In this document: positions 35,941 to 49,984 of the stretch, one piece after another | How positions within the stretch are numbered: position 1 is the stretch's first letter | Layout of the letters: each line of letters opens with the position of its first letter | From: Eledone cirrhosa | Taxonomy: Eukaryota | Assembly (NCBI GenBank): GCA_964016885.1 | Contig: OZ024741.1 | Coordinates: 176,080,001-176,144,000 of the forward strand | Direction: 5' to 3' | Length of the DNA stretch: 64,000 bases | Made by a program: the position numbers and the translations under genes | Notes under the pieces: generated by a model | Told to the model about the DNA's origin: nothing | The model's database searches: none | What the model saw: only the letters and a program-made list of their open reading frames with translations

Positions 35941-36874
35941 ATATATGAGAGAGAGAGAGCGAGTGTGTGTTATATAAACATATATTTTTATATTCAGATA
36001 TAAATACATTTAACTATTAACAATCCTACCTCATTCACACACACAAATTAGTCACATATATTTGCAATTGAACACACAAACACACACAAACATACACATA
36101 TAGATACACACTGACAAACAGACTGACATACAGACACACACATACACGCACATATATATATATATATATCATCATCATCATCATCCTCGAAGAACTGATG
36201 TAAAACGGTGATGATGATGATGATGATGATATATATATATATGTGCATATGTGTGCGTTCATATATACACTCACATGCACAAACATATTTAATGGCTTTG
36301 ATACAAACACATTAGATTACTAAGACACTTATATGTATAGGCAGGTGATCTAGCTATCTCTCTCTCTCTCTCATTCTCTCTCTCTCTATATATATATGTA
36401 TATATGTATGAATATATATATATATAATGCTTAGATAAAGATTCCTGTAGTCTGTAAACCACATATTGATATGGACATACATTATACATTACACTATGCA
36501 GAATCACACACATCTGCACATACACACACACACTCACACTCACATACACATATATGAATATAGACAGATACATTAAAAATCTATGACAGAACCTAGTTAC
36601 ATACAAACATTGACATCTGTATTTATAGTCATATCAAGCAGCCTCTACTACTACATTCATACTTTCATACATACATAAAAGTATACGCATACACTTACGT
36701 ACATACATACATACATACTTTTATATATACACACATATATTCATACAAACATACACACATATAAACATAAGTAGAAACTTACTTATATACCAACTAACTC
36801 TATATATATACCCACATCAACTACACCACATATAAACATACACATATATATCCTGTTGTCAGGAGACTTTCAAC

Positions 36875-36911
36875 ATGTCTGAGCAAATATTTGTCACAAT
36901 TAAATATGGCG
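36875..36911 (+). CDS. C22orf15: C22orf15/CXorf65-family protein, coding exon 1 (MSEQIFVTIKYG)
   Basis: Acceptor ttgtcag at 36862, ATG 36875, donor G|gtgagt; resembles family N-terminus MFI.(V/I)..G recalled from human C22orf15 and CXorf65. Confidence 0.8.
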
Positions 36912-37469
36912 GTGAGTTAAATATATTTTGTCTCACATCTCCCTTGTATTTTTCCATATAGAAGAAATTCTATTTATTCTATTTATTTCTTTTGCTTTGT
37001 TTATTGTAAAAAAAAAAAACAGTTGAACACTAAAATCAAAGCTTCCTGTCTCTGTTTATATTGATTTCTTTTGATTAGGTGTAAATGATTTTGTTGTTGT
37101 TGAGTAAGTGTTAGAGGTGAATAAGTTGATTCCAATGTTACATCTTGGTTCAATATTATATTCAATTGTCTTCTTTCTTTCTTCTATGCTAAACTGATTC
37201 ATTTGTTTACACTATATTGTTAACCCTATTAATACATACCTTCCCAAGCCCTCACCCAACTATTTCTATGCTAAAAGGTTGCCCATTTTGAAATGTTCAT
37301 GCTTATATTATGAACTACCATAATTTTATTTCAGAAGTTTTTGTTAAATAATATTCCAAACATCAGTTTACCAATAAAAAAAATCTTTAGTTATATCACT
37401 GAATTCCTCTCAATTGTTGATTATTTCTACATTATTTTCAACATTATTTGCTACTATACATCTCCAATA

Positions 37470-37700
37470 CTATGGCCATGTGGTTAGAATGTTTCAGGAA
37501 AGAATTTCTGGACAGATTTTACAGGCAAAACTAACTGGCAGGAGACTCAGGGGTAGACCATGAGCTTGGCTGGTCTCACTTGGGGATCCATCTGGAGCAG
37601 TTGAAGATGGTTGCTTCTGACAGGATATGCTGAAAGGAGTGTTTGAGAACCCTGTCCCCACGGCCCTCTCAGGAATAAGTAGGTGAAGAATAAGAAGTAA
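37470..37700 (+). mobile_element. RTE (Expander-like) 3' fragment
   Basis: YGHVVRM..GRRLRGRP. Confidence 0.6.
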
Positions 37701-37849
37701 AATTTAGAAACATTACTGTCCAAGATATTCAAATTGTCCAGTATGGGACATGGAGCTCATGTTGAGACTCACTAAGTTGGAGGGTAAGCAGAATTGTGTG
37801 CCTTTCAATGGAGTAGAAAAAACACCTACATAATAATAATTGTTATTGT

Positions 37850-38630
37850 TGGACAACATGCTTTTTGGCATTGAGTTACGGTCCTTTACATTCTGAGTTC
37901 CAATCACGCTGAGGTTAGCTTTGCCTTTCATCCATACAGCCTCAATAAAATAAAGTACGCACTGGGGTTGATATAATCCACTTTCCCCTCCCATTTAAAT
38001 TGCTGGACTTGTTCTTAAAGTAGAAACAATTATTATTATTATTATAGGGCAGTGAATTGGCAGTATCGGTAGAGGGTCAGGCACCATGCTATCCAGCATA
38101 GAGTTACGTCCCTTTACAGTTTGAGTTCAAATCACGCCGAGGTTAACTTTGCCTTTCATCCTTACGGGGTCGATAAATTAAAGTACCAGTAATGCACTGG
38201 AATAATTGCTGGCCTTGTGCCAAAATTAGAAACAATTATAGGGCAGTGGATTAGCAGTATGGGTAGAGTGTTGGACAATATGCTTTATGATCTAGAGTTA
38301 CGTCCCTTTGCATTCTGAGGTCAAATCCTGCCAAGATTTGCTTTGTCTGTCATCTTTAAGGGATCAATAGAATAAAACACCAGTCACACTAAGGTTGATT
38401 TAATTGACTTCCCCTTTAGAGCAGTGGCTTGGCAGAATTGTTTGGCCATTGGATAAAATGGTTTACATATTTGTTTCATCTCTTTATGTTCTGTGTTCAA
38501 GCTTGACAGGGTCAACTTTACCTCCCAGCTTTCTGGGGTTCAATAAAATAAAATATCAGTTAAGAACTAGGGTTGATATAATTAACATACCCATTTTACC
38601 CAAAATTGCTGGCTTGTGCCAAAATTAAAA
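37850..38630 (+). mobile_element. Head-to-tail array of four SINE family A copies
   Basis: Copies near 37850, 38047, 38241, 38420. Confidence 0.8.
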
Positions 38631-38666
38631 ACACTTAATATTTTAAGTTTAAATAACGTTAATGGT

Positions 38667-38711
<45 letters not shown>

Positions 38712-38761
38712 AATAATGGCACAAAACAATGTCATTTCACTTATGTATGAACAGCTAATAA

Positions 38762-38930
38762 ATGTTTCTACTTTTGGCACAAGGCCAGTAATTATCCTAG
38801 TACGTTACTGGTACTTTATTTTATCGACCCCGTAAGGATGAAAGGCAAAGTTAACCTTGGCAGGATTTGAACTCAGAAGGTAAAGGGGCATAACTATGCT
38901 GTAAAGCATGGCGTCCGATCCTCTACAGAT
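38762..38930 (-). mobile_element. SINE family A
   Basis: Consensus match in rc. Confidence 0.9.
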
Positions 38931-39359
38931 ATACGAGTACTAGAACTAAATGTTTTCTTTCTACTTTATATTCCATTTCTTGAAAGAGTTATTCCATTCT
39001 CATTAATTCATTCCAATGTTTGGCATGTATTCAGCAGCTGGATAACTTTCCTGGCATGGAACAACAACAGAGTGTACTGTGTGCATTTATATATCACAAG
39101 TAGAAGCATTTTATTCATACTGAAAGAGTTTTAATAGGTGTGTTTTTGTGTTTATATGGCTGTTCCTGTGTACCAATCTACTGGTATTGTTATTGTTGTT
39201 TAGCCCCAACTCAACCCCAATGAAGCAGATCTATGATAAAAGCATTCTATTCATGGCCACTCATCTCTTAAATGGTTTGTATAATACAGAGTTATCTAAC
39301 ATCTCTTCTCTTAACTTAAGATGGTAAGGAAACATTTGGGGGACATGTTATATATATAT

Positions 39360-39553
39360 AATGAAGGAAGTGTGGTAAGGAACCAGGTTTACCATAATGC
39401 ACCAGAGTACTTGATACTATGGGTAGTACAGTGGGTAATATGAAAAGAGTCAGGACCCTGACGGTTGAGCTCCAGCCCTTTCGACAGCTATTTCTGAACT
39501 CAGTGAGTTCAGAATAGCTGTTGGACATCAGCTGTCGGGGTCCTGACTCTTTT

Positions 39554-39555
<2 letters not shown>
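39360..39555. mobile_element. Fold-back element with partial hammerhead (family of 13300 and 16541)
   Basis: gaaaagagtcaggaccc / gggtcctgactcttttc arms; rc long stem then GAAA-gggct..aacc-GTC-agggtcc. Confidence 0.65.
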
Positions 39556-39629
<74 letters not shown>

Positions 39630-39654
39630 TATAAATATATATATATATATATAA

Positions 39655-41130
39655 TCATCATCATCATCATCATTTTACATCTGCGTTTCCCTGCTTGCAA
39701 AGGTGTGACGAGTCCTATTCAGCACAGCATCTCTCCACTTGTCACGGTCCTTCGTCGTCTCCTCCGTGAGCCTCAGCAGTCTGAGATTTCCCCTCACCAA
39801 CTCCACCCATGTTTTTCGTGGACTTCCTCTACTGCGTCTTCCTTCTACTAGCATTTCTTGGCACTTCTTTACCCCACGGTCATCCTCCATGTGCATCACA
39901 TGTCCATACCATCATTTTCTTCTCTCCCGCACAATACAACTTATCCCTCTTATACACACTTTCTCTCTCAACTCATCCATGCTTGGTCGTTCATGTACAT
40001 TGACATTGCACATCCACCGGAGCATGCTTACTTTATATCTCTCCAGCCATCGCATATCCTCTGAAGTTACTGCCCATGTTTCACTACCATGCAGCATCGC
40101 GCATCTCACATAGGCAGCATATAACCAGCCTTTCGTACGCAGGGAGAAACCCTTCTTTGTCAGCAGAGGAAGCAGCTCCCTAATCTTCTTCTAACCCATA
40201 CTTATTCTAGATACTATGGCCTCAGAAAACCCCCTCCCATGCTAATCTGATCACTTAGGTACCGGCAGCTATCAATCACATCTGTAGAACCTACCTACAT
40301 TTGAAAAATGTGTCTATCAATGCAACTTCTACTGTCAAATTTTCCTGAACATCTACTGCATACATATTTTTCCCTACCTGTTAGTTTGCCTGCTTTTCCA
40401 CTACATCTCTTGTGTACCCAAGATCTGCATTGTGTACATTTTATAGAATTGATGCCAGTTCCTTTTCTGCATATCAAACATGGCCATTTCCCTGATGGAA
40501 TCAGGGTTTTGTCCTCTTTTCTACTTATCAACACTTTGTCTTAGCTAGGTTCACTCTCAGTCCTCTTAATTCCAACTGCTTTTTCCATAGCCAGAATTTG
40601 TTCTCTAGCTCCTCTACTGATTTTGCTATAAGAACCAAATTGTCAGCATAGAGAAGTTCTCAAGGGCAGCCAGTCTTAAACTCCTCTGTTATGGGGTGGA
40701 GGACTATAATGAACAAGAGCGGGCTGAGGACCAAACCCTGATATACTCCTATTTGTATCTGGAATTCCTCACTAAACTCCATTCCTACCCTCACTTTACT
40801 GACAGCACCTCTGTACTAAGCTTGCACTGCCCTCACAAGCCATTCCTCAAGACCCTGTTTCGTTAGGGACCACCAGATGACAGATCGGGGTACCCTATCG
40901 AAGGACTTATCTAGGTCAACAATAGCTAAGTATAGTGTTTTATCCTTCTCTAAGAACCTCTCTTGTAGTTGTCTCACTAAGAAGAGAGCATCTGTTATAC
41001 TTTTCCGAGGCACAAAACCAAACTGCATCTCATCTAGTTTTACCCTTTCTCTAATTAGTTGCGCTAATATCCTTTCTGCCACTTTCATAACATGATCAAT
41101 CAGTTTCATGCCTCTATAATTGCTCCTACA
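39655..41130 (-). mobile_element. RTE LINE, RT domain to 3' end, decayed
   Basis: KLIDHVMKV.ER, MQFGF, VDLDKSFDRVPR, QG..LSPLLF, LYADNL, Cys-rich insert, AMLHGSETW; (GAT)n tail. Confidence 0.95.
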
Positions 41131-41536
41131 AAACTATAACTGTTTCATTCGGGAGAAATCACCAGGAAAGACAACTGTCAATGTAATATGGTGGTATTTA
41201 TACATTTTCTAGTGGTAGGAGAGGGTCGTGATTTGGATGGATGGAGGTCATTGGCTGATGGACTTAAAGAAAGACCATTCTTTAAAAACTATGCTTAGAG
41301 AAAAATACATAGTGATAGAAGGCAGAAGTAAATTCATACTAAGTACCTATAGACAAACCTATAGACAAACACAAACACACTAAGAGGCACTCCTAATTTT
41401 TAAGGTTCATTTATTCCAAGCAAACAATGGGTATTCATTGAGTGGCAATATTAAGATGTTCTGCTAAAGGATGGTGAAGACTTGAAAAATGGTCAGGTGT
41501 CTACAATCACACACACACGCATATATATATATATAT

Positions 41537-41575
<39 letters not shown>

Positions 41576-41880
41576 TTCAAGGTTCAATTATGCTAAGCAG
41601 TTGAAAAAGAAATTCTCTAAATATAGTTTTTAAAGAATTCCCTTTCTTTAAATCCATCAACCAATGACCTCCACCCATCCCAATCACAACCCTCTCCTAC
41701 CACCAGAAAATGTATAAATACCACCATATTACATTGACAGTCAGATTCCCAGATGATTTCTCCCAAATGAAACAGTTCTAGTCCTGTAGAAGCTATTTCT
41801 ATATTAAATATTTATACTGCGTTATGTATTGAGTACCTTACTTACTGTAGTTACCCCCCGATTGAACCCGGTATAAACAT
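41130..41880. mobile_element. Fold-back Penelope-like element (family of 3098) with decayed HHRs
   Basis: About 165-bp inverted arms (41135-41300 / 41615-41780); CAGATGA..GAAAcag..ctGTA at about 41745-41792; gtattgagtaccttacttact tail. Confidence 0.75.
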
Positions 41881-42128
41881 ATATATATATATCTTTGTTT
41901 TTATAACAGGCTGAATGATTTGGGGTGGATAATCGCAAAAAAACTTAAGTACCTGTATATGTCACTGTTGTACCTAATATGTATATGTGGTCCACCCTTG
42001 CAAGCAGCGAAAAGGGGAGATAAAATGATGATGATGTGTGTGAATATCATCATCATCTTCGTTTAAAGTCCATCTTCCATGCTAGCATGGGCGTTAACAA
42101 AGATGATGATGATATACATCTTTGTTTA

Positions 42129-42173
<45 letters not shown>

Positions 42174-42175
42174 TA

Positions 42176-42213
<38 letters not shown>

Positions 42214-42215
42214 TA

Positions 42216-42255
<40 letters not shown>

Positions 42256-42284
42256 TACATATAGGCTCTGCCAATTGTAACTCC

Positions 42285-42720
42285 TGTTTGCAGATGTCCT
42301 AGTTGTTATGGTTGAATCTGCAGAAGAACTAAAGAAGAAATTCCAGACTTGGATGCAAAATGTGGAATCAAAATGTCTCAAAGTCAACTTAGCCAATACT
42401 AAAATGCTAATAAGTAGGAATGACGAGAGAGCGCTAATTCCACCAGGGAAATGGTTATGTTCAATATGCAAAAGTGAAAATACATTGTAGAAAAAAGATA
42501 AAATGAGCATAAGAGGGATTAGATGCAGTGTATGAGCTAGTATGAACATGTGATCCATATGATGGCTGATAGTAGCATAAAAAAGCTAGTGGAAATTGCA
42601 GAGGGGGTAGATCAAAGAAAACTTGGGATGAAGAGGAATAAGCTGTCCTTACAAAGCTGAACCTTACACAGCAGATGACTTGGCTTTCCATGTGAGCATG
42701 ATAAAACAAACATGGAGAGG
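42285..42720 (+). mobile_element. Decayed RTE LINE fragment
   Basis: [38 protein letters not shown]. Confidence 0.8.
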
Positions 42721-43394
42721 ATGGTGGTAAAAAAAGAGAGGTGTATCACTATTTAGATACTCCATCTCACTACCTCACTAACTAACCTCTCACTCCTAAC
42801 TAGATATTGCTCTTACATATATAATCTGTCTCCATTTCCCCTCCACTGTTTCTTTCTTCCCATTCATTCACAACCCTGATTCCTGTCCAAATGAAGTCAG
42901 CATGGAAAGACACAATGTGTTGCTAGATGTTGATTGTTCAGCCTCTCATTTAATGATACATTGTACCTCTCTTTTAAACAATATCCCCTCCCATCTTCCT
43001 GTTCTTTACTATTTAGCCTTCCAGTTTTTCGCCACAATAAACACACTTCAGCTCCTCTCCTCCACCTTAGTATTCCCATCGTCCCTTATCCGAGGTTGTA
43101 AGTTCAAGCATGCCAGCATGGAAAGTCATATGCACACCACAATACACAGCCAGATATAACTTTTAAGACTACATTTCACTCTCACTCTCTCCCTCAGCAA
43201 GCAGCATCTAGCCCCTTGCTCATACCTCCACCCACTATCACTGCCTTACCTGCTTGTCTGAGCAACCCTAATCACAAAAATGTTAGTGCCCTTGAGCAGG
43301 CCCATGATATGATTGGCATCCATGCAGAATGTAGATTTTTCATCACCTCATCACCCAATGTTCTACACAGAGCAAAAGAAACTAAAAAAATAAT

Positions 43395-43540
<146 letters not shown>

Positions 43541-43641
43541 TTGTGTATGTATCTGTGTGTTTTATACTAGGCTATATGAATGTTGTGTCTAACTCACTCT
43601 GTACAATATATTAAGCCATCTTATTATTGTTCATGAATCTA

Positions 43642-43865
43642 GGGTGGTGGATTGGCAGTATCGGTAGAGGGTCTGACGCCATGCTTTGCAGCATAGAGTT
43701 GCGCGCCTTTATGATATGAGTTCAAATCCCGCTGAGGTTAACTTTGCCTTTCATCTTTATTGGGTCAATAAAATAAAGTACCAGTCACTCACTGGGGTCG
43801 ATTTAATCGATTTTCCCTTCCCTTTCAAAATTTCTGGCCTTGTGCCTAAAGTAGAAACAATTATT
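43642..43865 (+). mobile_element. SINE family A (long variant)
   Basis: Consensus match; ttattgttc..gaatc on both flanks. Confidence 0.9.
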
Positions 43866-44172
43866 GTTCTTGAATCAACTGCATCAAAACATTTTCTCTC
43901 AAACTTCACAGTGTGAAGTGAGTGCATGTCATCAATAAGTAGATATATGATAGATGATGATAGATTATGGGAAAAGCACCCAAAGGAAATCATCACACTG
44001 AGATCGCCAGCCCAACACAGTCCCTCTATCAATGTATATCTCCTCTTTTATATTTCTAGTATATAAAGATATTTGGTATTGGAAAGTAAGTATTTCTGTG
44101 AAGCTCACCAAGTTATTTTCCATTAATAGATTTCAATACTCAAATGCATCTGTTGTGAAAACTGCCAACATA

Positions 44173-44273
<101 letters not shown>

Positions 44274-44879
44274 TGTGTGTGTGTGTGTTCGTGTGTGTGT
44301 GTGCGTGTGTGTGTGTGTAAAACTATTGTTAACTTTAGAATACATATGATTGTGTATTTATGTTTAAATCTATATTGTACTACCAGATTTTTAGTTATAT
44401 GCATAGAATTCTATTCATATGCATATATATATATAAACAAATTTATATATTTATATATATAATATAAACATACATATATATGTATGAGTGTATATATATA
44501 TGTATGTGTGTGTAAGTATGTAATACAAATATATATGTGTGTGTAAGTATGTAATACAAATATAAGAACGTATCTATTTTTATCATTACTATGTTAACAA
44601 ATAATTTTTTTCATGAACAGAAATCAAAATCTTCATAAATATATGGTCAAACAACTCTCTATTGGTAAATCAAAATGCCAATATTTAACACAGCTAACTG
44701 AACTACATCATGTTCAGCAACTGCCTGGTGCAAATCACTGCAAAGATGACAGCACTCAATGAGAAACTATCTATGGGGTTGGACAGCTTTCTAGATAGAT
44801 ATATGCTAGATATATGGGAAGCAGACATTAAACGAAAGTGATGATAACGATTATGTTTTTAGCTCAAGAGTTCGATACC

Positions 44880-46520
44880 TGGTGGACTCAGCTTATAGCT
44901 GGATCCGTCCTACATGCAACAGTGGATGTTCAACATGAATCCACAAGTCAGCAATACTCATGTATTGGATGAGTGCATGCAGGATGATTTTGTCATCCCA
45001 TGTGCACCTCAGACAGACACAGCTGCCGGCACTTCCATGCATATAAAGTTTATCTCGAACTGGAAATACTCCCCAGTAGCACTACCAGGCCAAGAATTTC
45101 TGGAAGTTTTCCATTGGCCCTGGACTGAAAAAGGTGTGTATGACATAGGCTAGTTGGTTTTAGTCAATAAGCAGAGTTTCCTCAATAACAATGTCATTTT
45201 TGCTCATTACTAACCCTCTATAGAATGCAAAGGTGAAGTTTCCACCTATCACAGTGCCTAATTAGCAAAGGGTTGTAAACATTTGAAGTCATTCCAGTTT
45301 CCAAGCATTCCTTCCCAGTCTCTGCTTGACCCAGGATTGCAGTTCCATCAAAGAGACGAGCTGGGGAAAAATATGCCTAGTGAAAGGTGTCCACACTTGT
45401 TCATTCATCATCAGTCACATCATTCCCAGTTCTCCACACAATGGGTGTTGACAGCAGATCGGCTGCCTCACCATTGGAGTGCTTCCCTTCCACAAAAAGT
45501 GAAAGAACAAATACTCCCGTGCTGTCAGACGAGGCTTAGGACAAGGCACGATCGTTGCGTGGTAGTAGATGATGGATGCAATGTATACATTTGCCTTTTC
45601 TGCCTGACCTTTCAGGGGTAACATTCTCTCGGCCCACTTCTGGGTGAAAGTGGCCACTCTGCTCATCACTTCATCCAAGCATTTCTCTGTCTTGAGATCT
45701 GGACCAAACTAGACCCCAAGCAATTTAACCAGTCTGTCCAGCATCCAAAGAATCTATTGGACAGCATAGATCTTCCTCTCCAAGTGTCGAGCCACTGTCC
45801 CGACCAACATTTCCTGGTTAATCTTTACTCCTATCACCACCTCATACTCTCTTACAGTATCTCCTCAATGTGTTTGGAATTTGACACTACTACGGTCACA
45901 TTGTCAGCATATGCTAACATGATTTTCCAGATCCTATTTCATGCACGATGCTCGTTAATGTATCCAATTCATACAGTAATTGCTCTAGAGCAACACAGAT
46001 GAGAGGAGACAACCTTAGGAAACCAACCACATGATGTTGAAAGGTTCTGAAAGATGACCGTTCACTCTCACCCCAGAGCAGATGATGCTGTACATTGCAG
46101 CAATCCACCCTCTGAAACTGGGCCCAACGCTGGTTGTCCTGAGGACCATCACTACATATCAATGATCGAACCTATCAAATGCTTTTAATTGATCTAAGTT
46201 GATCAGGGCCTCACCCTGTCCATGATGTATTGCATGATGTAGAAGTTGTCGTAGATGGACCTGTCTGTCACACCAGACTACTGATGACTAGCGCGAACCT
46301 TGTTGCTAACACCTTGACCAAAATTATGAACTCTGCATTCAGTAGAGTAGAATTATGAGCCTGATATTATCTACACTGTTCTCTTTGTTCAGGTCCTATT
46401 TTACAGTGCTACTGCTCCTCAACTCACAGAATTGGGAATTCACCCATCTGTTGCCATTTGCATTATATGTCTACCACGAGGTCACCAAACTAGCCTGGCA
46501 TGTGTATTTAAGTCTTGCAG
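44880..46520 (-). mobile_element. Tx1/L1-type LINE, decayed RT region
   Basis: INLDQLKAFDR, AYADNVT, KWAER.LPLKG, FHFLWKG, ELGM. Confidence 0.75.
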
Positions 46521-46639
46521 CGCAGATCATCCAAACCAGATGATTTACCCCTCACACAGCCAGTGATTGCCTCCCATATTTCAGTGGCTGTTATCAGCCT
46601 TTCACAGCACTTTGGCTCAGTAAAAATTGCACTCTCATT

Positions 46640-48368
46640 GCTGTCTTTAGTGCTCAACTAAACAAATTATGGCCACAAAATAGACAACAAAACCACAAAT
46701 CACCTGCTTTTTATGAATGACGTGAAACTGTATGCCAAAAATGACAACTAATTGGAAGGTGTTCAGCAATGATGAAGGGGTCAAATTTGGACTGGAAAAA
46801 TGTGCCAAAGCAACATTCAAGAAAGGCATTAAGTCAATGGAAATAGATGTGAATACAGTAATTAGCAAACTAAAATGGGATCCAGGGATTAATGAAGGTC
46901 AAAGTATTAACCATACAAACATGAAAGAGAGAATCAGGAAAGGGGTATTACAGGAGAGAACGTATTGTCTTGAAAACTGCTTAATTTGAAAAGTAAATTA
47001 TCTGCCATAAATGTGCTTGCAATCCCAATTATCATTTACAGTTTCAATATCATAAATTGAAACCTTAATGAAATTAAGAGAATGGACACCAAAATCAGGA
47101 AGCTTTTGATCTGTAATAACATCACCCAAAAGAAGATGTGAATCGCCTCTATTTCCTTAGACAAAACAGAGGTAGAGGAATAATCCAGCTCGAGCTATCA
47201 TACAGGATATCAACCATTGGACTCAATCAATACCTTACGACCACAGATGACTGGATGATGAACATTGTTGAAAGTAAAAAGAGGTTACATTCATTCACAA
47301 ATTAAAGTAAGAAACATGTGGAAGGATTGGGAATACAATTTGAAAATAATGGTGATTCTGCAATTAAAGCCACAAAGAATATCAATGTGTTGGCAAAAAC
47401 ATGAAGGCCAAGAGAAGCTGTGCACCAAAGTTGGAGCAAAAAGCATTGCATGGGTACTATGTTCTCTGTAGCAAACATGAAGATCTCACCCATCAGTGGC
47501 TATGGAGTTCTGGGCTAAAGACAGAGAGTTAGGGTTTCATTTTGGCTGCACAAGAACAGTGTATTTCAGTGTGCAACGTTTAAGCCAATGTGATCAGAAA
47601 TGGAATTGACCCAAAATGTTGATTCTATGATGAGCATGTTGAGACCATTGACCACCTGGTTTCAGACTGCAAAGTATTAGATCCCCAGGAATATGAAATG
47701 AGGCATGATAGAATGGGGCAATAGTTACACTGGGTAATGTACAGGTTTTATGGTCAGCAAGCAGAGGGAAAAATGATACAACCATCACCCAGATGCAATG
47801 ACAGAAGGGAAGAATGTGACAATCCTATGGGATTTCCCTGTAAATACTGAAAGAACAATCAAGGCCAACATACCTGATATAATTGTGAAGGGCCTTAAAG
47901 AGGAAACATGTTTCTTAATTGAATTGAGCTTTCCATCAGATCTTAACATCTTGAAAGAGTTTGGAAAGCTCAGTAAGTATAAAGATCTATGAATTGAAAT
48001 TGAGAAAATGTGACATATTAAGGCCTGTACATTATCAGTGATAGTCAGTGCACTTGGAATGATAAAAAAGTGAAATGAAAAATACTTTGACCAGATACCT
48101 GGAAAGCCATCCCTTCAAGAGATACAGAAAATAGTGTTGAATGGCACTAGCCACATTCTGAGAAAGGCATTATCAATTTAAAAACCTTCCAAAGACATTT
48201 ACTGATATATATGTGTCCTTGCGGCATCATTTGTATGACAATTGATTGTAAAATGTGTGTATTATAAAATTTTGCCTCAGGTGCCAGGTTGGCATGCGGC
48301 ATGATTAAAGAAAGAATCAGAATTCAAAGGAAGTTTCTAATCATCATAATAATAATAATAATAATAAT
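46640..48368 (+). mobile_element. R4/Dong-clade LINE, decayed RT C-terminus, REL endonuclease and (TAA)n tail
   Basis: HLLFMNDVKLYA, FGLEKCA, AINVLAIP, GRGIIQLE, ILAAQEQ, ETIDHLVSDC, ILWDF..ANIPDI, KLSKYKDL. Confidence 0.9.
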
Positions 48369-49429
48369 ATATTTTCTTAAACATTGGCACAAGGCCAACA
48401 ATTACAGAGGAAAGGGGTAAGAGAATTATATGAAACAGAAAACAAGTAATAATAAATATTTATGCAAAACACAGCTTATATTGAAATATGACTTTAGCAT
48501 TTAAACCAGCCATATCTGTCCAGAATTCTTTCACCTCTTTCAGTTCAAACCGACTATAACCTGTGACTCCTACTGATGTTAAAGTATTGTTCTTAAAATA
48601 AATAATATCAAAATCTCATAGATTCGATATTGTGTGAGATAATTATGTGAGATAAAGCTTTTACAGAGAAAATATAATAGTAAATATAGAATAATGTAAA
48701 TGCTAAGGGGTTAAGTTAACCTACTGCTTTTGAATTCAAAGCCTTACAGTAAATAACTGCCAGTACAGAGGGATAGTTATAGTAATTGCTATTTATGACA
48801 TTCAGAATCTAGAAGATAACTTAAGATATCTTCAGTTATCTTCTTCATGTGTGGTGATGTCATTAATTAAATAGGGGTAAAAATACAAACGAAGGAAAGA
48901 AAATATTTTTGGTGTGTATGAATCAAAGAGGGTAGCTTAGAGTGTTTGAGTTAAATTTGCCTGATCTAACACTTGGAGTCCTGACTCCTATATATATATA
49001 TATATAAACGGAAAAAATGAAACAAAATTTGATTTCTCACTCTTAGTACAGCTGTTACTTAAATATAAGCATGTATACATACATACATATATGTATACAG
49101 ACGTACAGTAGTATGTATATATATACATACATGCACATTAACGGCTGAGCAGCCTAATTTGCATATCGAGAGTTAATCGGCCGGTCGCACTGACAACGAT
49201 AAACGGACAAAATGAAACGCTGTACGGTTTAATTCGGGATGTTTGTTTACAAACACACCGAGCATTATAATAAATGTTCAGTAAATCCATACTCTACATA
49301 TATATGTGTGTATGTATGTATATATATATATATACATACTACTGTACGTCTGTATAGATATATGTATGTACGTATACATACTTATATATATATATATATA
49401 TAGATATATATATATATTATATATATATA

Positions 49430-49680
49430 TATCATCATCATCACCATCATCATCAACGTTTAACGTCCGTGTTCCACGCTTGCATGGGTTTGGACGGGGG
49501 TTTTCCCACTTGAGGCAAGAGTGATTGTCTTGCTCGCATAGGAATGTCTGGCAGGTTTTCTACAGTTGGATGCCCTTCCTAACACCAACCACATTTACAG
49601 TGTGGGTCTGGGAGGTTTTTACCGTGTTGCCTACACGGCCACATTACAGCGTGGACTGTGTGTTTTTTTGTCGTGACACC
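49430..49680 (-). mobile_element. RTE 3' UTR fragment in (TA)n
   Basis: Near-identical to 30528-30775. Confidence 0.9.
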
Positions 49681-49984
49681 ATATATATTATATATATTAT
49701 ATATATACCCAATTTCCTTTTTTGTAAAGGCTGATGGTTTGTCGAAGACCATGTCAGAAGCACTAACCATTCAGATGAGCCATACACATTCCTGTATTCT
49801 ACTGTGTGCTGTGCATTTTTTTTTGGTGGCAGCAATACTAGACAGGTCATCATGTCCTTGAAACAATTTAACTACTGTCAGTTTTTCTGTGGTTGCTTGC
49901 TCCTCTTATCTTCTGCCACTTTACTGTTGACAATTCAAGAGCACATGACACTTATGAAATTACCTTCTCAGTTAGCCTACCTCT

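Noticed and set aside
44060-44085. 26-nt segment with good AG/GTAAGT sites
   Set aside because: Breaks the reading frame and exons 1-2 already join into the family sequence.
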